Both the position numbers and the translations under genes were made by a program. A stretch of 62,092 bases of DNA, the filler included. It is 3 parts of 3 records of this genome, joined end to end, with 100 filler letters (N's around TTAATTAATTAA, not from the genome) between each part and the next. Parts side by side here need not be neighbours in the genome. Positions count along the whole stretch, not along the records: positions 1 to 15,293 come from SRR20825010_3270; positions 15,394 to 42,796 come from SRR20825010_3288; 1 more part is not named here. One strand, written 5' to 3'. This document shows, piece after piece, positions 10,962-20,329 of the stretch (its first letter is position 1; every line of letters starts with the position of its first letter). The notes under the pieces were generated by a model that saw only the letters and a list, made by a program, of their open reading frames with translations, was not told the origin of the DNA and did not search any database.

Positions 10962-12181
10962 TGCGGTGCGCCTGTCAGTTCGTGGTGCAGGGCGGGGAAG
11001 GCGGCGAACACCATCTCCAGCAGATGCCGCACCGGCCGGTTCAGGGCGTCGGTGACCGGGATGCCCAGTTCATGGCTGAAGCGGGCCATGGCCTGGCTGA
11101 CCTGGTCGTCATCCATGTGTTCATGGTTCAGGGTCAGGCCGATCACGCGGGTGTCGGCAAAGGTTTCGATCAGGGTGACTTCGTCCGCCGGGTTTGGCAT
11201 GGCCATGGTGTCGAAGTCGCAGCGGAAAGCTCGCCCTGGCGCATGCTGCAGCACCACCGCTTGCGGGCAGGCGCCGCGCAGAATAAAGGAGGTGGTGGAG
11301 AACGCTGGATGGCTTAGGGCGCCCTGGCCTTCGATGATGATCACGTCCGGCTGTTCATTGTCGAACGCCTCGACGATGGTGGCTTCCAGTTCCCCGGCGC
11401 AAAACTGCGAGGGCACTGAATCCAGTGCCACGCCGTAGCGGGCGCCCTGGATCAGTCCGGTCTGGCCGGTACCCACCAGCACTGCCTTGAGACCGATGGC
11501 ATTGAGAGCGGCGGTGAGCACGGTGGCGGTGGTGCGTTTGCCGATGGCGCAGTCGGTGCCCAGCACGGCGATGCGAGGACAGGTGACCTGATGGATGCTG
11601 CCGCTGAACATGCGCAGAAATTTCTTCGGCCGGGGCCGGCGCACATCGATGATATCCACTTTGTGGGCAATGCGGGCGGCGGCAAACTCCGGGTCGTCGT
11701 TAAGGAATTCATGCAGACCGTTAACGATGCTCATGCCCCTGCTCATGGCGGCCAGCACCACATCGCGTTGGACCTCGGAGAGCAGACCGCTGGCCGGTGC
11801 CATGCCGAAAATCAGAAAGTCCGGCAGGGTGGTCGTCTGGCTCAGGGCGTCGTCCATATCCCGGCATACCGGGATGCCGTTGGCGGTGCCGTCAAGAATC
11901 ATGCCGCTATCAAGCCCGGCCTGGGTGCTGTCGATCACTGACAGCACGGTATATTTTTCCGAGTGACGAATCAGGCCGTTGGCGGTTTTACCGTCGATGT
12001 CGCCGAATTGGCCTTCGCAATAGATGATCGCGGTGGCGGTGCGGCTGATAGCAGGTTGGGGCAGGGTGTGGGCGTTATGCAGGGGGGGGAGGGTGTTAGC
12101 GGGCGAAGGCTGGGTGCTAGCGGGCGGCGCCTGGGCTGAATAGGGACGGGGGCGTAACGAAATCGGGGAAACGGTACTCAT
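10958..12181 (-). CDS. DUF1611-family protein (DgcN-like)
   Basis: GKTANGL, IVNGLHEFL, GTDCAIGKRTT, GTGQTG, IEGQGALSHP motifs; 4-nt overlap with the racemase gene. Confidence 0.85.
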   Translation of the reverse strand: MSTVSPISLRPRPYSAQAPPASTQPSPANTLPPLHNAHTLPQPAISRTATAIIYCEGQFGDIDGKTANGLIRHSEKYTVLSVIDSTQAGLDSGMILDGTANGIPVCRDMDDALSQTTTLPDFLIFGMAPASGLLSEVQRDVVLAAMSRGMSIVNGLHEFLNDDPEFAAARIAHKVDIIDVRRPRPKKFLRMFSGSIHQVTCPRIAVLGTDCAIGKRTTATVLTAALNAIGLKAVLVGTGQTGLIQGARYGVALDSVPSQFCAGELEATIVEAFDNEQPDVIIIEGQGALSHPAFSTTSFILRGACPQAVVLQHAPGRAFRCDFDTMAMPNPADEVTLIETFADTRVIGLTLNHEHMDDDQVSQAMARFSHELGIPVTDALNRPVRHLLEMVFAAFPALHHELTGAPQ

Positions 12182-12392
12182 GGTGGCTCCTCTGGGGGCA
12201 CGAAGCTTAGAGGGGCAATGGCGATGGGCCGGTTTGAGGCACCGGTGAGCAGCGAGACGTCCCCACTAAGCGGTGGGGTTAAACGGCAAACAGAGTAACA
12301 CGGACGGCGGCGAGACGTTGGGATTTAGCTGGGTGCTGCGTTGGCGCCGCCGCGGTAGGCGGCGATAACACCAGCAGTGGCAAGGTTGTACG

Positions 12393-12932
12393 TCAGGGGT
12401 ACCACTGTGAAAGCGTTATTTCCTCGCTCTGTTCGGTGGTGCCGAACCAGACCTGGCCGTCCTGGATCATGGCCTGCAACTGCATGGCCCGCTGGGCACA
12501 GGTGGCCAGCGCGGCTTCACTGTCCGCATCCACATGGACAATGGTCAGATTGTCGAAACGACGTACCTTGTTCTTCATGCTGTCCCACCACACCTGGGGG
12601 GCACGCGGGCCGTAGCAATAGATAGTGACCTGCTCGGCCAGGCCGCAGGCCTTGCGCAGGCGCTTCTCGTCGGGCATGCCCAGCTCGATCCAGTGTGCCA
12701 GGGTGTCGTTGGGATGGCGCTGCCACAGGTCCGGCTCTTCCGGGTTGGACAGGCCCCGTGAGAACGCCAGATCTTCATGGGCATTCAGTGCAAAGGCCAG
12801 CAGCCGCAACATCATTCGCGATTCGGTTTCCGAAGGGTGCAACGCCACCGTCAGGTTATGGGTGGCGTAGTAATCCCGGTCCATATCGGAGACGGTCAGT
12901 TCAGCTTTGTAGATGGTGGCGGTGAGGGCCAT
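12393..12932 (-). CDS. yaeQ: YaeQ-family protein
   Basis: MALTATIYKAEL...DMDRDYY...HPSET..RMMLRLLAF...EPDLW. Confidence 0.92.
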   Translation of the reverse strand: MALTATIYKAELTVSDMDRDYYATHNLTVALHPSETESRMMLRLLAFALNAHEDLAFSRGLSNPEEPDLWQRHPNDTLAHWIELGMPDEKRLRKACGLAEQVTIYCYGPRAPQVWWDSMKNKVRRFDNLTIVHVDADSEAALATCAQRAMQLQAMIQDGQVWFGTTEQSEEITLSQWYP

Positions 12933-13028
12933 GGCACAGGACTCGCAAACAGGCGGCACGCAACAGGCATGCACGCAAAAGTGGGCTGATTGTATCAGGG
13001 TTTATGCATGCCACCTGCTACCTCAGGC

Positions 13029-13580
13029 TTAAACCAGCGCGCATACCCCGAAACCGATAAACAACACCGCACTGATGCGATGGGCCCAGGTTTCAAAGCG
13101 CTTACTGCCGAACTGGTGGGCCAGCCAGATCACTGGCAGGTTGGCGGCAACCATACCCAGGGTGGAGCCACTCAGCACAGGCCAGAATTGGTCCTTGAAC
13201 TGTACGGCCAGGGCAATGGTGGCCAGCTGGGTCTTGTCGCCGATTTCGGCAATAAAGAACAGCACCAGTGCGGTGAGGAAGGGGCCGAAGCGCGGGTTGT
13301 CATTCACGGCTTCATCGCCGTCTGGAATCAGCATCCACAGGCCCAGGCCAATAAAGCTGATGCCCAGAATCCAGCGCAGCCACTCCATCGGGATGGCATC
13401 GGCAAGCCAGTCGCCAAACCAGACGGAGGCGCCGTGGTTGAGCAGGGTGGCGATGACCACGCCGGCGAGGATGGGCCAGGGTTTGCGGAATTTGAGAATC
13501 AGGGCCAGAGATAACAGCTGGGTCTTGTCGCCAATTTCACCAAGGGCAACGAGCAGAAAAGAGCTGAGCAGGGCTTCCAT
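13029..13580 (-). CDS. TMEM165/GDT1 (UPF0016) cation, probably Mn2+, transporter
   Basis: Two EIGDKTQL motifs; preceded by a yybP-ykoY riboswitch. Confidence 0.92.
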   Translation of the reverse strand: MEALLSSFLLVALGEIGDKTQLLSLALILKFRKPWPILAGVVIATLLNHGASVWFGDWLADAIPMEWLRWILGISFIGLGLWMLIPDGDEAVNDNPRFGPFLTALVLFFIAEIGDKTQLATIALAVQFKDQFWPVLSGSTLGMVAANLPVIWLAHQFGSKRFETWAHRISAVLFIGFGVCALV

Positions 13581-13654
13581 GAACGGTTCCAGCGGGGCGG
13601 GATTGAGCGACAAGAGACATCACCGGCCAATCCCGCCCCTGCGGAATGCCTGCG

Positions 13655-13800
13655 ATGTCTCAGGTCTCGTCAATCCTGGGGGAGCGATACAGAGGCTCCC
13701 CGGATACGGACGCAGCCACCATGCGCATGAGGCGCAACTATGTTGATGACCGCCAAGGGGCTTTACGTGAAAGCGATCGAGCGACTACTCCCCCAAGACG
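13655..13800 (-). promoter_or_regulatory. yybP-ykoY Mn2+ riboswitch
   Basis: Minus strand reads GTCTTG-GGGGAGTAG...TCAACA...GACGAGACC-TGAGAC: conserved loop strands and a closing P1, in the leader of a UPF0016 gene. Confidence 0.85.
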
Positions 13801-13902
13801 GCAAAACCATAGCGGAATTATGGGTAAAGGGCCAGTACAATGGAGGTCATCGGTAATGCAGACGGGAATGGCTGTGGCCCAGCTGTAATAAGAGAGTTAA
13901 GT

Positions 13903-14109
13903 ATGAGCGAAGACAGACTGATTGAGATTGAAACCAAGCTGGCCTACCAGGAGGACCTGGTGGAATCCTTGAACAAGGTGGTCAGCGACCAGCAACGCCA
14001 GATTGATGCGCTGGAAAAAACCTGTCGCAAGATGGCGGATAGGCTGATGGATTTGTCAGAGGCGTTCGAGGCCACTCAGGTCGAAGATGCACCGCCGCCG
14101 CATTATTGA
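13903..14109 (+). CDS. slyX: SlyX family protein
   Basis: RLIEIETKLAYQED...QQRQI and C-terminal PPPHY. Confidence 0.92.
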   Translation: MSEDRLIEIETKLAYQEDLVESLNKVVSDQQRQIDALEKTCRKMADRLMDLSEAFEATQVEDAPPPHY

Positions 14110-14152
14110 GGCAGCAAGCTGCCCGCCCCACGCACGGCGCTACACGCAAATG

Positions 14153-14190
14153 AAACAGGCCGCGCCCAAAAGATGGGTGCGGCCTGTTTT
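14153..14190. terminator. Bidirectional terminator between convergent slyX and the TM2 gene
   Basis: AAACAGGCCGCGCCCA...TGGGTGCGGCCTGTTT inverted repeat with A/T flanks. Confidence 0.75.
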
Positions 14191-14238
14191 ATTACAACAA
14201 GGAGCCAGTTCGCGCTGCCGCTTGTGGCTTGCTTTTCT

Positions 14239-14664
14239 TCAGGCAGGAACGGGCTCGCTCCGGGCAGCCTCGCCATTGCGCTCGGAAACTTGGCCATTGA
14301 GCGTGAACAGGTCGTAAAGCACGCCGAAACCCAGTAGGCCGAAGGTCAGCAGGTAAAGAATGCCCGTGCCCATCTTGCCCATGTAGAAACGGTGTGCGCC
14401 AAATACGCCCAGAAATAGCATCAGTACCCAGGCCACGCTGTAGTCGGTGTCGCCGCTTTTGAACTGATTATTGGCATCCTGATTCATGCGAGGAATCAAG
14501 AATGCGTCCACGACCCAGCCGATGAAAAAGACGCCGAGGGTAAACATCCACAGCAAGCCGGTGAGCTGACGACCATAGTAAAACCGGTGATAGCCAAACA
14601 GGCCGCCAAAAAACCATAGCAGGTAGCCGATAGGTGTCAGGTGTGTTTCCTTTTCTTGTTGCAT
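14239..14664 (-). CDS. Double TM2-domain membrane protein
   Basis: Two TM2 repeats: GYHRFYYG...LWMFTLG and GAHRFYMG...LYLLTFG. Confidence 0.88.
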   Translation of the reverse strand: MQQEKETHLTPIGYLLWFFGGLFGYHRFYYGRQLTGLLWMFTLGVFFIGWVVDAFLIPRMNQDANNQFKSGDTDYSVAWVLMLFLGVFGAHRFYMGKMGTGILYLLTFGLLGFGVLYDLFTLNGQVSERNGEAARSEPVPA

Positions 14665-14766
14665 GGGTTTCCCCCTCCGTTGGTAAAGTAAAAAGCGTCC
14701 TTGTTATCACTGAGATTCAGTAGTAAGCGCAAAGCGGCAACGCGAGCGTTTCTTTGAAATGAGTAA

Positions 14767-14791
14767 GCCGCGCCCGGTGGCTGGGCGCGGC
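14767..14791. terminator. GC-rich hairpin downstream of pilU
   Basis: GCCGCGCCCGG-tgg-CTGGGCGCGGC. Confidence 0.45.
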
Positions 14792-14860
14792 CTCTTTGTC
14801 TGGAGAGCACAGGGCACTTGATTCGCGTTGTTGCGTGAAGCGTGCCGCCTGCTGCGTCTC

Positions 14861-15293
14861 CTACTCAGTATCCTCGATGCTCAGTCCCCGCGTGGCCACG
14901 TCCAGGCTGGAGGCGTCAGTCTCGTTGCCCAGCTTGATCATCAGCCGCAGGTCGTTGGGGGAATCGGCGTGGAGCATGGCGTCTTCGTAGGTGATTTCTC
15001 CGGCGGAGTACAGGTCGTAGAGGGCCTGGTCGAAGGTCTGCATGCCCTGCTCGCGGGATTTGCTCATCAGCTCTTTGAGCTGGTGTACTTCGCCCTTGCG
15101 GATATGGTCCTGCACCAGTGGCGTGCCCAGCAGCACTTCGATGGCCGCACGGCGGCCTTTGCCGTCCGGGGTGGGAATTAACTGTTGGGCGACGATGCCT
15201 TTCAGGTTCAGGGACAGGTCCATCCACAGCTGGCCGTGTCGGTCTGCCGGGAAGAAGTGAATGATCCGGTCCAGCGCCTGGTTGGCGTTGTTG
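14861..15293 (-). CDS. pilU: PilT/PilU-family retraction ATPase, 3' part only (contig break)
   Basis: NANQALDRIIHFFP...MDLSLNL...GMQTFDQAL...ADSPNDLRLMIKL, a PilU-type C-terminus. Confidence 0.88.
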
Positions 15294-15393
15294 NNNNNNN
15301 NNNNNNNNNNNNNNNNNNNNNNNNNNNNNNNNNNNNNTTAATTAATTAANNNNNNNNNNNNNNNNNNNNNNNNNNNNNNNNNNNNNNNNNNNN
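15294..15393. other. Artificial contig linker
   Basis: 44 N + TTAATTAATTAA (stops in all six frames) + 44 N. Confidence 0.98.
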
Positions 15394-17132
15394 TCGAAGA
15401 ACATGTGCTCGGTTCGGCACAGTCCGATGCCTTCGGCACCGAAGTCACGGGCACGCTTGCTGTCGGCAGGCGAATCCGCGTTGGTGCGGATCGAAAGGCG
15501 ACGATACTGATCGGCCCATTCCATCAGCTTGGCGAAATCGCCGGACAACTTAGGCTCTTGGGTTTCGACTTCGCCAGCCATCACTTCGCCGGTTGTGCCG
15601 TCCAGGCTGATCGTGTCCTTGGCGGTGAACTTGCGTCCGCCGACCGTGATGGTCTTTGCCTTTTCGTTGATTTCCACTTCGCTGGCACCAGCGACGCAGC
15701 ACTTGCCCCAACCGCGGGCAACCACAGCCGCGTGGCTGGTCGCACCACCGGTGCTGGTCAAAATACCAACAGCAGCCGACATGCCTTCGACGTCTTCGGG
15801 ACTGGTTTCGCGGCGAACGAGGATGACGTCTTCGCCGGCTTCGAAACGCTCACGAGCTTCCGTTGCGGTAAAGGCCAACTTACCAACCGCGGCACCTGGC
15901 GATGCGTTGAGACCACGGCACAACACGTCGGCCGCGTTGCGAGCGGTGGGTTTGAACGATGGCAACAAGCAGTGAGTCAGGTCCGATGCAGGAACGCGAA
16001 GGACAGCTTCCTTCTCGGTGATCAAACCTTCTTTGACCATGTCGCAGGCGATCTTCACGGCTGCGATGCCGTTTCGCTTGCCGTTTCGAGTTTGCAGCAT
16101 GAACAACTTGCCACGCTCGATCGTGAACTCGATGTCCTGCATGTCGGTGTAGTGGTCCTCAAGCTTCTTCTTGATTTCCATCAACTCTTTGTGAGCCGCT
16201 TTGTCCCACTTCGCCATTTGAGCGACAGGTTGTGGGGTACGGATACCAGCGACCACGTCTTCGCCCTGAGCGTTGATCAGGAACTCACCGTAGAACTTGT
16301 TTTGTCCGGTGTTGGGGTCACGGGTGAAACCAACGCCTGTTCCCGAATCGTCGCCCATGTTGCCATAAACCATGGCTTGGACGTTCACGGCGGTACCGAT
16401 CAAGTTGTTGATCTCGGTGTTGCCCTTGGCCGATTCGATGCGGCGATAGCTGATCGCACGGTCAGCGTTCCATGAGCCGAAGACGGCTTCGATGGCCAAC
16501 TGAAGTTGCTTGATCGGGTCTTGTGGGAAGTCTTCGCCGGTGCCTTTCTTGTAGACCGCTTTGTAGGCTTCGCAAAGTTCACGCAAACCTTCGGCGGGAA
16601 CTTCGGTGTCTTCGGTGACGTTGTGTTTTTTCTTGACCTTGTCAAAGGCAGCTTCGAACTGCTCGTGGTGCAGTCCCATGACGACGTCGCCGTACATGTT
16701 GATCAGACGACGGTAAGCGTCGTAAGCGAAACGCTCGTTCTTGGTCGCTTTGGCCAAACCTTCGGTTGCTTCGTCGTTCAAACCGAGGTTCAAAATGGTG
16801 TTCATCATCCCGGGCATCGAGACGGCGGCACCGGAGCGGACGCTGACGAGCAATGGGTTTTCATTGTCGCCGAAGTTCTTGCCGAGTTCCTTTTCGAGGA
16901 TTTTGACGGCGTCCTGGATTTCGTCCATCAATCCCTTGGGAAGCTTTTTGCCGGCTTTGTAGTAGCCATCGCAAACTTCGGTGGTGATCGTGAACCCGGG
17001 AGGGACCGGCAGTCCGATGGAAGTCATTTCGGCCAAGTTCAGGCCTTTGCCGCCCAGGATGGCTTTGCTTCCGCCTTTTCCTTCGGTCTTCGTTTTGCCG
17101 AAGTAGTAAACCATCTTGTCTTTTTTTGCCAT
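15394..17132 (-). CDS. ppdK: Pyruvate, phosphate dikinase, 3'-truncated by contig end
   Basis: LGGKG..LAEM, VSVRSGAAVSMPGMM, AQGEDVVAG, phospho-His motif GGATSHAAVVARG, GIGLCRTEHMFF. Confidence 0.96.
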
Positions 17133-17329
17133 CGTCGCTGTCAATCCCTGTGTGGGGTTTGGAAATCAAAAGAACGTTTGGCCGCAAAGCGTATTTGGCA
17201 CACGTAGTTAGGTCAATCAGTTAAGACGTCCGAAACCGGCAAAATCACGGGGTTTTCGCACCGTTTGGGGCTTGGTCGGGACACGCCGCGCCATCGCCAG
17301 ATCGACACGCTCAACAAACGTCTCGGCGG

Positions 17330-17771
17330 TCAGTCGTGACGACGCAGATGCCCGGCACTGGTTTGGAACAATCGCCGACGCCGAGTGGCGGCTTCTTCGG
17401 CGGAGCGTCCGCGAGCGAGTTGCTGGTTCAAATCATCGAAATTGGCCCGACAAACGCGGCATCCGATTTCGGTCAGATGAAACAGGACGTAGTCCGCCAT
17501 CTCGTGATCCAACTGATTCGCGACGTACGCCTGCAGTGTCGATCGGTCGGGACACGACAGTCGCTGGCGACGCCAAATCGCACCAATCGTGTGCAAACCA
17601 GCGACATCCTGGCCTCGCAATTGGATCAGCCGCTGACGCAGTTTTTCGTCCTCCCGCACCGCCTGCTCGATCTCGGACGACCGCGAAGGCTCGAGTTGCT
17701 CATCCAGAAAAGCGACCAATTCCGCGTCGGAGAATCGGTCGGGCGAAGAAGCGGAATCAGCGGACAACGGA
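17330..17771 (-). CDS. Planctomycete hypothetical with anti-sigma-like zinc-binding motif (start uncertain)
   Basis: SDAELVAFLDEQL...; CPDRSTLQAY...FHLTEIGCRVC (H-x5-C-x2-C), resembling zf-HC2/ZAS domains. Confidence 0.6.
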
Positions 17772-17907
17772 AATTCAAAGGTGCGAGAAAATGAAATGGA
17801 CCGACGACGATCGGCAGAATCAAACGTCTCGGTATGGTAGCGTCTTTTCGAAACTCGGGCGGAACGACGCTCCGTGAAATCGTCGCTCCACGACCCTCGA
17901 CCTCCCA

Positions 17908-19191
17908 TTGTCCGACTCTCGCTGTTCGATGCCTGACTTCCCGACCGAAATTCTGAATTCGCCCGAAGCCGCCGAAGCGGTTCGAATCATCACCGAATTG
18001 AAAGACGCCGGATTTGTCGCTGTCCTGGCGGGAGGCTGCGTCCGTGACGCGTTGCTGGGTCGAAAACCCAAGGATTTCGACGTCGCGACCGATGCGACAC
18101 CCGAATCCGTGCGTGAAGTCTTTGGCAAACGCAACACGCTAGCGTTTGGAGAATCCTTCGGCGTGATCGGGGTGCTGCCCCCGCGAACCGCTGCGACGGA
18201 AGCGCCCTCTGCCAAACTGATGCCGACCGAAGTCGCGACGTTTCGCGCCGATGGAAATTACTCCGACGGCCGCCGGCCCGACAGCGTCACCTACGGCGAT
18301 GCGGAAGCCGATGCCATGCGTCGTGACTTCACCATCAATGGGATGTTCTACGACCTGTTCGATTCCAAAGTGATCGATTACGTCGGTGGCATCCAGGATC
18401 TCGAAAAGGGCCATCTGCGAACGATCGGTAAAGCGGTACAGCGTTTCGAAGAGGACAAGCTCCGAATGCTTCGAGCGGTTCGCTTTGCGACGACTCTCGG
18501 ATTTTCAATCGAGTACAAAACCTTTGCCGCGATCCAAAACCACGCCAGCGACATCAGCGTCGTTAGCGGCGAACGCATCGGCGCGGAAATGCGACGAGTG
18601 ATGACATCGTCCGCCAGCGATTTCGGATTGGAAACATTGGTCGACACCGGATTGGCGTTGCACGTTTGGCCACAACTGCGTTCCATGAATTGGACGGAAT
18701 ACTCACGAGCCATCCAGACGACGAAGCATCGCTCATTCGAAGTCGCGATGGCACTCGCACTGTTTCACCTACCCGGCGATTCAATTCAGTGCCTACGCCT
18801 GCTCTTCAACGATTGGAAACTCTCCGTCGCGGAGCGTCGTGCGATCGAAGCCGCACTGACCCATGCCGAAACGATCACGCAGTGTGACGGCTTACCATGG
18901 TCACGACTGCAGCCGATCTTGATCGACGAAGATGCTGAAACCATCGTCGCGACCGCGCGAGCCTTGGCACCGAAGTCCCGCGGCGTCGCCCGTGCGGCTC
19001 GATCTCTCTCAGGCGATCCGAACGAACTCAATCCGCCGCCGCTGGTGACCGGAGCAGACCTGATTGCCAACGGAATGCGTCCCGGTCCGGAATTCAAATC
19101 CATTCTGCAATCAATTCGCGACGATCAACTCGACGGCAAACTCACATCGCGAGAAGACGCTCTGCGACGAGCCTTCCAGGACAAAGTCTGA
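17908..19191 (+). CDS. cca: tRNA nucleotidyltransferase (CCA/poly(A) polymerase class II)
   Basis: GGCVRDALLG..PKDFDVAT, EVATFR, RRDFTING, EDKLRMLRAVRF; start may be the ATG at 17929. Confidence 0.88.
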   Translation: MSDSRCSMPDFPTEILNSPEAAEAVRIITELKDAGFVAVLAGGCVRDALLGRKPKDFDVATDATPESVREVFGKRNTLAFGESFGVIGVLPPRTAATEAPSAKLMPTEVATFRADGNYSDGRRPDSVTYGDAEADAMRRDFTINGMFYDLFDSKVIDYVGGIQDLEKGHLRTIGKAVQRFEEDKLRMLRAVRFATTLGFSIEYKTFAAIQNHASDISVVSGERIGAEMRRVMTSSASDFGLETLVDTGLALHVWPQLRSMNWTEYSRAIQTTKHRSFEVAMALALFHLPGDSIQCLRLLFNDWKLSVAERRAIEAALTHAETITQCDGLPWSRLQPILIDEDAETIVATARALAPKSRGVARAARSLSGDPNELNPPPLVTGADLIANGMRPGPEFKSILQSIRDDQLDGKLTSREDALRRAFQDKV

Positions 19192-19265
19192 TCTCAATCG
19201 ACGAGCCTCACAAAGGCTTTCACCCAACGGAACATTTGAGACAAATGTTCGACCTTGCTTCGGTT

Positions 19266-19688
19266 TTACTCTGCTTCACCGGGCACGGTGATCTTCCAAG
19301 ACACGCCGAATCGATCTGTCACGATTCCGTAACGCGTGGCGAAGAAAGTCTCTGAGAGCGGAACGATCACTTGCCCCTTTTCGCTCAAACCGGTGAAGTG
19401 CCGCTCGGCATCTTCAATTGATCTCGCTCTTACAGCAAACGCGAAACCGGTGAAGGAAGTCTCGAATGACGGGTCGTCGCAACCGACGTCACTCGCCATC
19501 AACTCCGTCGAACCAATGCGAATCGTCGCGTGGAAGACTTTTTCTTCAAACCCGGATTTCGCGAATGACGTGTCGGGGCATTCGCGAAAACGCATCAGCA
19601 TCAACACATCGGCGTCGAGCACCGCTTGGTAATGCTCGACCGCTTCTTCCGTGCGACCACCGAAGTTCAATGTCGTGACGACACTCAA
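19266..19688 (-). CDS. VOC/PhnB-family protein
   Basis: LNFGG..EEAVEHY, VFHATIRIG..LMASD, YGIVTDRFGVSW. Confidence 0.85.
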   Translation of the reverse strand: MSVVTTLNFGGRTEEAVEHYQAVLDADVLMLMRFRECPDTSFAKSGFEEKVFHATIRIGSTELMASDVGCDDPSFETSFTGFAFAVRARSIEDAERHFTGLSEKGQVIVPLSETFFATRYGIVTDRFGVSWKITVPGEAE

Positions 19689-19722
19689 CGAACCGCCCCC
19701 TGATCAAGCAATTGAATGGAGC

Positions 19723-20199
19723 TCACTTTGCAATTTCAACCTTCGCTTTTTCGCTCGCAGCGGATCGACGGGCGGAGTCGATCAACTTCCCCGTGTTCTT
19801 CTCCGCTTCCTTGGTCATTTTCACAATCAAATTCTGAGTGCACTGGTTCGGCAACACAGTGAGTTTGGCTTTGGTGGGCGCGAAGCCGTCGCACTTGAAT
19901 TCAAACTCATGGTCACCAGCCTGCAAGTGAAGTCCCGGCTGCACCGATGAATAGGGCGATGTCATCGCATGCCCGGTGAACTTTCCATCGACGAAGATGG
20001 AGATCGGCCGAATGGAATCGATCGGAAGCACCATACCACCGACATTGACCATCGTTTGCCTGTCTGCTGGTGGTTCGTCTTGGGGCACGACAAAGAACAG
20101 TTTGACTCGCGAGCATCCTTCCGGCGGGAGAGGCTCAGCTCCGATTACAGACGTCGCGGTGACTGCCAGGATCGCGAAAATGGCTAGACAAGTCTTCAT
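19723..20199 (-). CDS. Hypothetical secreted protein, possible PEGA-like domain
   Basis: Signal peptide MKTCLAIFAILAVTA; IFVDGKFTG...LHLQAGDHEFEFKCDGF; GGAGG RBS. Confidence 0.6.
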   Translation of the reverse strand: MKTCLAIFAILAVTATSVIGAEPLPPEGCSRVKLFFVVPQDEPPADRQTMVNVGGMVLPIDSIRPISIFVDGKFTGHAMTSPYSSVQPGLHLQAGDHEFEFKCDGFAPTKAKLTVLPNQCTQNLIVKMTKEAEKNTGKLIDSARRSAASEKAKVEIAK

Positions 20200-20329
20200 C
20201 GTGACCTCCGTTTGAATAAGAAAAGCACCGAGGAACATCTGCTCCTCGGTGCCAATTCTATCTCAATTCACGATGGGATGCCGTGGCAGTCCGCCGTTTG
20301 GACGGACGGCGACCAAGCCGCTGCGAATC

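Noticed and set aside
15338-15349. TTAATTAATTAA palindrome (also 42841-42852)
   Set aside because: Synthetic six-frame stop spacer inside N padding, not biological.
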